Of a stretch of DNA of 37,113 bases, positions 9,806 through 17,598 are shown one piece after another. Numbering within the stretch: position 1 is the stretch's first letter; the number at the start of each line of letters is the position of its first letter. The stretch comes from Nitrososphaerota archaeon (GTDB lineage Archaea; Thermoproteota; Nitrososphaeria; Nitrososphaerales; Nitrosopumilaceae). Location of the stretch: positions 1-37,113 of the forward strand of contig JAGWFT010000003.1 in the NCBI GenBank assembly GCA_028867755.1, in the 5' to 3' direction. The notes beneath the pieces are model-generated. The model was given only the letters and a program-made list of their open reading frames with translations. It was not told where the DNA came from and did not search any database. Position numbers and translations under genes: made by a program.

Positions 9806-10204
9806 TTATCCACCATAGCCAGAATTTCCAACAAAAGGCGCACTTGCAGGAACTCTGTATGGTTGTACTATGTTAATTCCTTGGTCAGTTGTAACTCTGA
9901 CCTCATTGAGGTCGCTACCAACTGGTGGTGATAATATGATCCTGTCTCCTGGATTGAGGATGGGAATAACATCAGATTTTGCAGTCCCACCATAGTCTAT
10001 CTTAACATTAGTCAGTGTATCCATGCCGGTATTCTTGATGATTACATGTGTCTCTGAACCCATGCTGTCCTTTACCAGAATGGGGTCAACAGAAATGTCA
10101 TATTTTTGAGAAGGAGGGATTATTGAAAAAAAGCTGAATGCAAAAAATATCACTAACGCAGCAAGACCTCCACCTATTACTAATACAAGAACAGGTTTTT
10201 TCAA
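9806..10204 (-). CDS. Hypothetical membrane-anchored protein with small Ig-like domain
   Basis: N-terminal TM helix, then VIIKNTGMDTLTNVKI...LNPGD beta-sandwich pattern. Confidence 0.72.
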   Translation of the reverse strand: MKKPVLVLVIGGGLAALVIFFAFSFFSIIPPSQKYDISVDPILVKDSMGSETHVIIKNTGMDTLTNVKIDYGGTAKSDVIPILNPGDRIILSPPVGSDLNEVRVTTDQGINIVQPYRVPASAPFVGNSGYGG

Positions 10205-10396
10205 CTACTAGTAAGGTGATTGCTAAATATTTCAATTATGCTATATGAGTATTTTTCATTGTAGGGCATATTTGGTGTGAATAGGTGTCTTTTGTCTATC
10301 TGTAGTGCATCTGTGTTTACTCATGATTGAATTTATTTTTCAACTAGAGCAATAAAATGAAATTAAACTTTTTTAAAACAGTTTGACAAATATCTG

Positions 10397-10939
10397 ATGT
10401 TGAATAGCAGTCAATATTACAGTCTTCTTGGTCTGAAGGAGGGTGCATCCATACAGGAGGTAAAGGCAGCGTATAGAAAATTAGCGCTCAAGTATCATCC
10501 TGATAAAAGCATCTCAAAAAAAGACAATGAAAAATTCAAGTTAATCACAGAGGCTTATCAGATACTCAGAACGTGCTCAAAGAATTATGCATATGCAAGT
10601 ACGAATTATAAAAAACCGCATGATGAAAATTCTGGTGATAAAGGTCATGGTTCAAAAATTCCATACTGGGATGAGCTTAATCTAAATAAAATCTTCAAAG
10701 AGGATTGGTATCGTTACGCCAGATATGCAGAAAGGGCATATCATGATCTTTGCAAATGTGAAAAAGAAGTTTGGAAATATTCTGAAATGGTGGTGAAGAG
10801 TACCACTCATACTCTTTCTTCATCAGTTGTTATGCAATGCCATAAAATTCCATCTCTCTTCGTATCTCGGGCGTGTGTTTCTCTCTTAAAGAAAGGGCAA
10901 TACACTAGCATGCGTCTAAAAAATCATTTAAAACTGTAA
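10397..10939 (+). CDS. J-domain protein (type III, not full DnaJ)
   Basis: YYSLLGL...EVKAAYRKLALKYHPDK with the HPD motif; no G/F region or Zn finger. Confidence 0.85.
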   Translation: MLNSSQYYSLLGLKEGASIQEVKAAYRKLALKYHPDKSISKKDNEKFKLITEAYQILRTCSKNYAYASTNYKKPHDENSGDKGHGSKIPYWDELNLNKIFKEDWYRYARYAERAYHDLCKCEKEVWKYSEMVVKSTTHTLSSSVVMQCHKIPSLFVSRACVSLLKKGQYTSMRLKNHLKL

Positions 10940-10988
10940 AAAGATTTTTTATAAAAATAAAGGAATGTAGTCTTTTGACTCCATTTGT

Positions 10989-11873
10989 TTATCTGCGTCG
11001 TACTGCTGTCCAGACTCCGATACCACTCATGACTGCAGCGATTGCAAGACCAGCAGTCCATCCTGACATTTGACTTGGGTCTGCACTACTAGTTGATTGT
11101 GTTGTAGACATTGATGATAAAGTAGACGATGTTTCGCTAGGCTGTGATGATGCTGATTCTGTGCTAGCTGGAGTTGTTGTAGTTGTAGTAGTTTGTGCTG
11201 CACCATATTCACTAGACTCTGTTGTGTTGTTGGATTGAGTGCTAGATGGTGTCGAAGACATGGTCGTACCAGATGAGTTCATGCTAGTTGGAGTTGTTGT
11301 GCTGCATGTTTGTGTTTGTGCGTTCCAATCTCCACCTGAATTAAAACAAGTCTGCATGGTATCTGTACCAGACGACATGTTCATGCTTGACGGTGTCGAA
11401 GACATGGTCGTACCAGATGAGTTCATGTTTGATGGCGTACTTGATGTTGTTTGTGTATTGCCAGTTGTGCTGGAAGTTGCAGCCGCAACAATCACTTGAC
11501 CAGTCATCCATGGATGGACTTGGCAGAAGTAATTGTATGTGCCAGGATCATTGAAGGTAAAGGAAAAGCTTTTTCCAGATGCAATCAAGCTGCTATCAAA
11601 GATAGTTCCAGTTTGATTGTCTGATGGGCTACCACTTGTTACAGTATGGCTGACTTTATCGCCGTTTTCCCAATTTACCGTTGTACCTGGTGTCACATTG
11701 ATAACATTTGGTGCAAAACAATTGTTTGTTTGTGCACAGTTTGGACTGGAGCCTGCTCCAGCTGAAATGTTTACCGTTGTTCCAGACTCTTGTGCAAAAG
11801 CTGATGGAGCAATTGCAAGAATCGCAACTAGGGTCAAAACACCAAATAACGCGCCTATTGGTTTTGACATCAT
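10989..11873 (-). CDS. Type-1 (blue) copper cupredoxin with Ser/Thr/Met-rich stalk and C-terminal TM anchor
   Basis: Signal peptide AFA/QE; Cu ligands in SHTV and YFCQVHPWM; C-terminal TM plus RRR. Confidence 0.88.
   Translation of the reverse strand: MMSKPIGALFGVLTLVAILAIAPSAFAQESGTTVNISAGAGSSPNCAQTNNCFAPNVINVTPGTTVNWENGDKVSHTVTSGSPSDNQTGTIFDSSLIASGKSFSFTFNDPGTYNYFCQVHPWMTGQVIVAAATSSTTGNTQTTSSTPSNMNSSGTTMSSTPSSMNMSSGTDTMQTCFNSGGDWNAQTQTCSTTTPTSMNSSGTTMSSTPSSTQSNNTTESSEYGAAQTTTTTTTPASTESASSQPSETSSTLSSMSTTQSTSSADPSQMSGWTAGLAIAAVMSGIGVWTAVRRR
11245..11427. repeat. Dispersed 39-bp direct repeat (11245-11283 and 11389-11427, one mismatch) encoding MNSSGTTMSSTPS
   Basis: GAYGGTGTCGAAGACATGGTCGTACCAGATGAGTTCATG read at both positions. 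Confidence 0.9.
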
Positions 11874-12213
11874 GAATTCACTACCAACTTAATCAATTAA
11901 TAAATTCTATGCAATTGAAAGTGCTAGTGTTATTGGAGTCATTTTACGTTAAAGCCCAAAAATCGAACCAAATGAGGCAGTCAGTTAAAGGGCATATTTG
12001 CAAAGAATTGCAGGTTGGAGCCAGTCATACCTGTGTATATTTTTGATGTTTTCTGTAAGGATCGAAAATGGGAAATTACAGAGTTATCAAAGATGTACAA
12101 CAGATCTTACTTCAAAGTTTTGACTATATATCGAAAGAATGACTCTCATGGGCATCCGTCATTTTTTATTTCTAAATCTGTATCAATAAATACGGGCACG
12201 CATTAGTTCCCTT

Positions 12214-12354
12214 ATGACAAGTACGAAATGTGTTGTATGCGGAATTGGATTTTTTTCTGCCACTGGTTCAGACAAATGTTCCAAGTGTGCGGGAAAAGGA
12301 GTACAAGAAACCGCTGAAAGTCACGATTCTTGTGGTTGCGGACACCACCACTAG
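12214..12354 (+). CDS. 46-aa Cys/His-rich mini-protein (CxxC-x12-CxxC...HDSCGCGHHH); metallothionein- or zinc-ribbon-like. Not in the ORF track
   Basis: MTSTKCVVCGIGFFSATGSDKCSKCAGKGVQETAESHDSCGCGHHH*; TATA-like AATAAATA at 12185-12192; oligo-T directly after the stop. Confidence 0.75.
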   Translation: MTSTKCVVCGIGFFSATGSDKCSKCAGKGVQETAESHDSCGCGHHH

Positions 12355-12384
12355 ATTTTTTTAATATCTAAATTTTTAAATTCT

Positions 12385-12412
12385 TTGAAAAAATACTCAT
12401 GTATTTTTTCAA
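12385..12412. promoter_or_regulatory. Perfect 12-bp inverted repeat TTGAAAAAATAC-TCAT-GTATTTTTTCAA (operator or terminator hairpin)
   Basis: Read directly; lies between the mini-protein stop and the MDR gene start. Confidence 0.45.
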
Positions 12413-12498
12413 GATTGTACTTTGCAATGGACAAGTTGTTATGTTGTAAACCTGTTTGTGAGCAATTTCTTAATATTACCATTACAAGATGGTGATTT

Positions 12499-13569
12499 GT
12501 GAAGGCTCTGGTCTATGAAGAATATGCACCAGATGATGATTATGCAAAGATTCTAAAAATAAAAGAAGTACCTCATCCTAAACCAAAATCAAATGAAGTA
12601 GTCTTCAAAGTACATTTTGCGGGATTAAATTATGATGACATTTGGGGAATGAGAGGAAAACCTATCACAATTCCCATGCCACACATCTCAGGGACTGACG
12701 CAGCAGGCGAAGTTGTCGCAATAGGGGAAGATGTTACCACGATTAAGGTTGGAGACAGAGTCGTATCCCATGGTAACCTGTCATGCAGAGTCTGTATTGC
12801 ATGCACTGATGGTCGTGAGTATGATTGTAGAAATAGAAAGATCTGGGGATTTCAGACAGGCCCATTATGGGGCGGATATTGTGAATACACTCACTTGCCA
12901 GAAGTAAATGTAGTAAAAATTCCTGATAGCATAAGCTATGAGGAGGCCGCCGCAGCTTCTATGGTAATGGTGACTTCGTGGCACATGTTGGTAGGAAGAG
13001 CAAAGATCAAGCCTGGTCAGATAGTACTCATAATGGGTGGAACTTCGGGAATTGGAACATTTGGAATTCAGATTGCAAAATTATATGGTTGTAATGTCAT
13101 TGCTACTGCCAGTCCAAACAAGCTTGAGCAATGCCTAAAACTTGGTGCAGACTTTGCAGTAGATCACAGAAAGGAAGACTGGCACAAAGAAGTTTTTTCA
13201 ATAACAAAAGATATTGCAAAAAAGAAAGATGCTATACCTGGAGTTGATGTTATCTTTGAGCATGTAGGGGGGTCACACTGGAATAAAGAATTGACTCTGC
13301 TAAAATATGGTGCAACTATAGTCACAACAGGTGCCACGACTGGATATGAAGTACAAACTGATCTTAGACACATATTCTTCAAAGGGATTAACGTCTTAGG
13401 TTCAACTCAAGGAACACGTTCAGAACTTATTGACGGACTGCATTGGATGTCTCAGAGAAAGATAAAATCAATAATTGATTCTGTCTATACATTTGAAAAT
13501 GCGGTAGAAGCGCATACTAAGATGCTAAAAGGCGACTTTATTGGAAAAATTTTGATGAAACCAAACTAG
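12499..13569 (+). CDS. Medium-chain dehydrogenase/reductase (zinc-binding ADH/quinone or enoyl reductase family)
   Basis: GroES-like N-terminal domain, structural Zn CRVCIACTDGREYDC, nucleotide motif GGTSGIG; catalytic Zn motifs replaced (GLNYDD, SGTD). Confidence 0.88.
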   Translation: MKALVYEEYAPDDDYAKILKIKEVPHPKPKSNEVVFKVHFAGLNYDDIWGMRGKPITIPMPHISGTDAAGEVVAIGEDVTTIKVGDRVVSHGNLSCRVCIACTDGREYDCRNRKIWGFQTGPLWGGYCEYTHLPEVNVVKIPDSISYEEAAAASMVMVTSWHMLVGRAKIKPGQIVLIMGGTSGIGTFGIQIAKLYGCNVIATASPNKLEQCLKLGADFAVDHRKEDWHKEVFSITKDIAKKKDAIPGVDVIFEHVGGSHWNKELTLLKYGATIVTTGATTGYEVQTDLRHIFFKGINVLGSTQGTRSELIDGLHWMSQRKIKSIIDSVYTFENAVEAHTKMLKGDFIGKILMKPN

Positions 13570-13755
13570 GCTTTTATAAATGATATACTACAAGGCATAA
13601 AGACAAAAAAGGATCTGATCAATTTTACAAGCTCGTTAATTGATACTCATAGAAAGTATGAAAACACGCTCAAATGATCTTAAGGCTGTAAAATGCTTCC
13701 AATTCTGCTAAGTATATGGGGATGTATGCCAGAACTTTCAAAAGATTGCATCGAC

Positions 13756-14022
13756 ATGACTAATGCATCTTCAACATATCTTGGAATAGTAGGGGGCGCA
13801 ATCATAGGTGGTATAGTAAGCTGGTGGGTATACAACAGACAAACAAAGACTTCTAACTCACAGGATCGTATTTTGCACAGGATTGAAGAGTTGGATAAAA
13901 GCCATGATTCTATATTAAAGAAACTTGCTGATTTTGACGATAAGCATGAATCCACTCTTGATGCAATGGAAGAACTACATCGCAAAGTTGATTCACTCCT
14001 AAGTCAGGATGATGAATCATAA
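13756..14022 (+). CDS. Small single-TM protein with C-terminal coiled coil
   Basis: YLGIVGGAIIGGIVSWWVY TM followed by heptad-like helix; ATG 13756 preferred, ORF track start 13693. Confidence 0.7.
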   Translation: MTNASSTYLGIVGGAIIGGIVSWWVYNRQTKTSNSQDRILHRIEELDKSHDSILKKLADFDDKHESTLDAMEELHRKVDSLLSQDDES

Positions 14023-14181
14023 GTTTTAATGACAAAGGTATATTTTTTAAAATATTAGGTAGTCAGTCTCAAAAATACTAATTTTATTTTATATCATTCC
14101 ATTTCATTTTCATGATAATAATTATAGAGAATGAAAATCTGTAACTTTTTCTTAAATAGACGAAATGCGTTTAAGATGCGA

Positions 14182-14244
14182 AGAAAACCCTATTCCAGAC
14201 ACACAAGTACCAAGGCAACGTGCTTTTGGTACTTTGGGTTTTCT
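14182..14244. other. Intergenic stem-loop: AGAAAACCC/GGGTTTTCT outer stem, AAGTACCAA/TTGGTACTT inner stem
   Basis: Two nested 9-bp perfect inverted repeats separated by an asymmetric bulge. Confidence 0.5.
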
Positions 14245-14390
14245 CCTTTGTATCTGATGTAATGGTTTTTAAGATTTGTCATTTGGTTGAAAATTCGGAC
14301 TCGATCACCAATTTTGCTATTTCCCGTAAAATCAATAGTTATGAGCTGCAATCATTAACAATTTTACTGTGCGATCTAATATTTGCACAA

Positions 14391-14456
14391 AATTTTGCCA
14401 AATACATCTGATCCAGAAATTAATAATTTTTTTACAATTGCTTATATAACGGCAAA
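14391..14456 (+). promoter_or_regulatory. Promoter of PEFG-CTERM paralogue 2
   Basis: CTTATAT at 14441-14447, 30 nt before TTG 14471; homologous to 764-831. Confidence 0.65.
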
Positions 14457-14470
14457 TTGATTCGCAATTA

Positions 14471-15421
14471 TTGAATATAAAATTTAATGGATTTTTGCTG
14501 CTTCTAGTAATACTTGGATCTGCTGTTGCAGTTCCAGCATTTGCTGTTTCCAATTCAGCTGTGAACGTGACTAATGCTACAATGTCAAGTTTAGGTTCTT
14601 CTTCATCCATGTCTACGTATTCTTCCATGCTTAATTCTCATTCAAGTAATGGTACAATTGGGACTCCATCATCAGGAAGTCTTGCAGTCACGGTTTCAAC
14701 TGATAAAGCATCCTACAATGATGGCGACAAGGTACTAGTATCCGGTACAACCCGAGATTATTTAGGCGATACTCCTCTTACACTTATTCTAAGAAATCCT
14801 GTTGGAAATATAATAAAAGTAGACCAAATTACAGTAGGAACTGACAAAACCTTTTCCTCGACAATAACTGCTACAGGTCTTCTATGGCAAGCCGCTGGAA
14901 CATATACTGTGTCTGTACAGTATGGTACTCCAGACAGATCTGCAAAAACAACATTCCAATTCTCAGGCTCTAGCGGAGGCGGCTCAGGTCCAGGTACTAT
15001 TCCAGTAGATGGCACAAACTACATGGTCACTTATACTATAATCAATGGTAAAGTTCTTGATATCAAGGCAGATCCCCAGTCAAAATCTTTGACAGTATCA
15101 ATCCAGACTACTGGGGATGGACAATTGACAATCACAATGCCTAGAGCATTGATTGATGCAAAGAAGTCAGATGGCACTGATGACAAATTTGTTGTCCTAA
15201 ATGATGGTCAAGAAAATAGTCAAGCCAATGAAACAATAACAACAAGTACTGACAGAACTCTTGCAATTCCATTCAAGAATGGAACATCTCAAATAGAAAT
15301 AATTGGTACATTTGTAATTCCAGAGTTTGGTCCAATCGCAGCTCTAGTACTTACAATTGCAGTCATATCCATAATTGCACTCTCAGCAAAGACTGGACTT
15401 AGATTTTCTCCAAGATACTAG
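14471..15421 (+). CDS. PEFG-CTERM surface protein, close paralogue of 846..1838 with Ser-rich N-terminus
   Basis: VIPEFGPIAALVLTIAVISIIALSAKTGLRF; collinear, highly similar beta domains (TDKxSYNDGDK, LWQAAGTY, NGTSQIEIIGT). Confidence 0.9.
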   Translation: MNIKFNGFLLLLVILGSAVAVPAFAVSNSAVNVTNATMSSLGSSSSMSTYSSMLNSHSSNGTIGTPSSGSLAVTVSTDKASYNDGDKVLVSGTTRDYLGDTPLTLILRNPVGNIIKVDQITVGTDKTFSSTITATGLLWQAAGTYTVSVQYGTPDRSAKTTFQFSGSSGGGSGPGTIPVDGTNYMVTYTIINGKVLDIKADPQSKSLTVSIQTTGDGQLTITMPRALIDAKKSDGTDDKFVVLNDGQENSQANETITTSTDRTLAIPFKNGTSQIEIIGTFVIPEFGPIAALVLTIAVISIIALSAKTGLRFSPRY

Positions 15422-15488
15422 GTTCAAACCTAAAGATATCCAGCCTACATCCCAACACTATATAGCATACTAGAAGAAAGAGGCAATT

Positions 15489-15620
15489 GTGGAAAATTTA
15501 CTGACAAGCGAGGAGATTGATTGGCTGTGCAAATTCTTGGAGGGAAAAGGTAGTAACAATGAGATTATAATGAAGATAGTTACCATCACAACCAAACTTC
15601 AAAAGATGAAGCGAAGATAG
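15489..15620 (+). CDS. Putative 43-aa small protein. Not in the ORF track
   Basis: GTG-MENLLTSEEIDWLCKFLEGKGSNNEIIMKIVTITTKLQKMKRR*; TATATA-like box about 30 nt upstream; amphipathic helical pattern. Confidence 0.5.
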   Translation: MENLLTSEEIDWLCKFLEGKGSNNEIIMKIVTITTKLQKMKRR

Positions 15621-15685
15621 TCTGGCAGACATTTACTTGAGATTCAGGTTTAGCGTATAAATCAGGCCTAATCAAATTACTAGAA

Positions 15686-16198
15686 ATGGAAAACACGGAG
15701 AATATTTTATACCGCGAAGCACAAACCTTTTCACACTCTTCAGTGTGGCTGGTTGTACTTTGTATTACATTTAGTAGCGTTTACTTTGGACTACCTCAAC
15801 TCTTTGAAATTGCAGGGGATAGATCTCCTACAACTACAATTGTGGTAGCGTCATCTATTTTCTTGGCAATTGGATTCATTTTACCTGTGCTGTTGCTCAT
15901 GATAAAACTTAGAATTCAAGTACGAAATGATGGCTTGTACATAAGGGTCGTACCCTTCCAGTCCTCATTCAAAAAGATCTCACTGGCAGATCTTCAGGAT
16001 TGTAAATCTTATGAGCAACAGGAAAAAGAGGAAAATAAACTAGGTCTAAGATATGCGATTTCAAAAAAAGCATATTCACTTGGAGGCAAACGTGGAATAA
16101 AGTTAGAGTTGAAAAATGGCCAAACCATACTGGTAGAGTCTAAACGTCCAGAGAAAATTATTCAGGCCATCAAAACTGCAAGTAGCAAGAACGCATAA
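15686..16198 (+). CDS. Membrane protein, two TM helices plus PH-like C-terminal domain
   Basis: LYREAQTF, two TMs, KLRIQVRNDGLYIRVVPF, GLRY...AYSLGGKRGIKLELKNGQTILVESKRPE. Confidence 0.72.
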   Translation: MENTENILYREAQTFSHSSVWLVVLCITFSSVYFGLPQLFEIAGDRSPTTTIVVASSIFLAIGFILPVLLLMIKLRIQVRNDGLYIRVVPFQSSFKKISLADLQDCKSYEQQEKEENKLGLRYAISKKAYSLGGKRGIKLELKNGQTILVESKRPEKIIQAIKTASSKNA

Positions 16199-16286
16199 GA
16201 TGAAGAAGTTCTTTATTCAATCTAAAACGAACTGACAGTTCAGTTCATACCTTAAACTTTATTACAATTGACTTGATGCATAGTGT

Positions 16287-16517
16287 GTGAACGAAGCATA
16301 TGTACTGCTAAACGTAGATTATAAAAAGCAAAAAAACATTATTGAACAGGCAAAAAAGATTCCTACTGTAAAATCAATCAAAACAACTTATGGGATATAT
16401 GATATACTAATCGTGCTGGAATCAAATAATATGCAAGAAATTAAACAAGCAATAGACGTAGACTTGCATAATGTAGATGGTATAAACAATCTTACTTCGC
16501 TTATCTCTATTAATTAA
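16287..16517 (+). CDS. Stand-alone Lrp/AsnC ligand-binding (RAM) domain protein
   Basis: AYVLLNVD...TTYGIYDILIVLE...GINNLTSLIS; no HTH. Confidence 0.82.
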   Translation: MNEAYVLLNVDYKKQKNIIEQAKKIPTVKSIKTTYGIYDILIVLESNNMQEIKQAIDVDLHNVDGINNLTSLISIN

Positions 16518-16518
16518 G

Positions 16519-17493
16519 TTGGTTCAAGAATACGAAATAATTGTAATTGGAGGAGGCCCTGCAGGGCTGAGCGCAGGAATTTTTGTTGCAAGACAAAAAA
16601 CGTCTTGTCTTGTAATATCTAAAGATCTGGGCGGACAGATGAACTTAATCCCAAAACTTGAGAATTATCCAGGTACGCTAATGTCAAGTGGGCCACTGCT
16701 TGCAAAAACATTAGAAAGCCAGTATCTCTCATTTAATGGTGAAATAATTTATGATACGGTAGAAATGATAGAAGAATCCGAAGCTGGATTGAAGGTTAAA
16801 ACCAGCAGATCAGAATATGTGGCAAAATCGGTAGTTCTTGCTCCTGGCAAAGTACCAAATAATTTGGGTGTAGAAAACGAGTCTACATTCTCAAATAAAG
16901 GAGTTCATTACTGCACAAAATGTGATGCGCCATTTTACCAAGGTAGAGTGACAGCCACTGTGGGTGTGGGGGGATATCTATTAGAGTCTGGAATCTTGCT
17001 TTCAAGAATGGCGTCAAAAGTATATCTAATTTACAAGGGCGGTGCATTGGGCGGAGACAAGGAGATGATTGCATCCATTGAAAAAAAAGAGAATGTGCAA
17101 CTGATACCGCAATCATCTGTCAAATCTCTTGCTGGCACAAATAACCTTCAATCAATTACACTTTTGGACAATTCGGGCAAGGAAAGTACTTTGCAAATAG
17201 ATGGCCTGTTCATTGAAATGGGCTCGAAGATAAACTTGGATTTTGTAAAACACCTAGTGAAAATCAACACCAAGGGGGAAATTGAGATATCTGACGGAAA
17301 TAAAACTTCACATCCAGCAATATTTGCTGCTGGTGATGCAACCAGTATACCATACAAACAGATTGTGGCTGCATGTGCAGGTGGTGCAACTGCTGGGCTT
17401 TCTGCATTCAATTACATAGAACGCCTAAAGGGAAAACCGGGAATTCGCGCAGACTGGAAGAAGACTATAGGCGACACCGTATTTCATTACTAG
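16519..17493 (+). CDS. trxB: Thioredoxin reductase-family flavoprotein with degenerate NAD(P)H-binding motifs
   Basis: GGGPAGLSA FAD motif, ENYPG, redox CTKC, FAAGD; GxGxxA replaced by GVGGYL and HRR replaced by YKG. Confidence 0.85.
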   Translation: MVQEYEIIVIGGGPAGLSAGIFVARQKTSCLVISKDLGGQMNLIPKLENYPGTLMSSGPLLAKTLESQYLSFNGEIIYDTVEMIEESEAGLKVKTSRSEYVAKSVVLAPGKVPNNLGVENESTFSNKGVHYCTKCDAPFYQGRVTATVGVGGYLLESGILLSRMASKVYLIYKGGALGGDKEMIASIEKKENVQLIPQSSVKSLAGTNNLQSITLLDNSGKESTLQIDGLFIEMGSKINLDFVKHLVKINTKGEIEISDGNKTSHPAIFAAGDATSIPYKQIVAACAGGATAGLSAFNYIERLKGKPGIRADWKKTIGDTVFHY

Positions 17494-17598
17494 GCTTTGT
17501 GATAGGCAAAACTCGCTGGTGATAAACTAGTAAAGTTTTTCATCCTTTTGTTATCAAAAATACTTGCTTTATCTTATCTCTTCGTACGTATACTTTAT

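Noticed and set aside
10397-10939. Calling this gene dnaJ
   Set aside because: Only the J-domain is present; no G/F region, CxxCxGxG repeats or C-terminal substrate-binding domain
11027-12206. ORFs 11027..11212, 11239..11499, 11617..11892 and 12015..12206
   Set aside because: The first three are antisense to the cupredoxin and their repeats mirror its stalk; the last has no recognisable features or clear promoter
13570-13680. Coding-like stretch (TTRHKTKKDLINFTSSLIDTHRKYENTLK*) after the MDR gene
   Set aside because: No start codon and no recognisable family; cannot be supported as a gene or pseudogene
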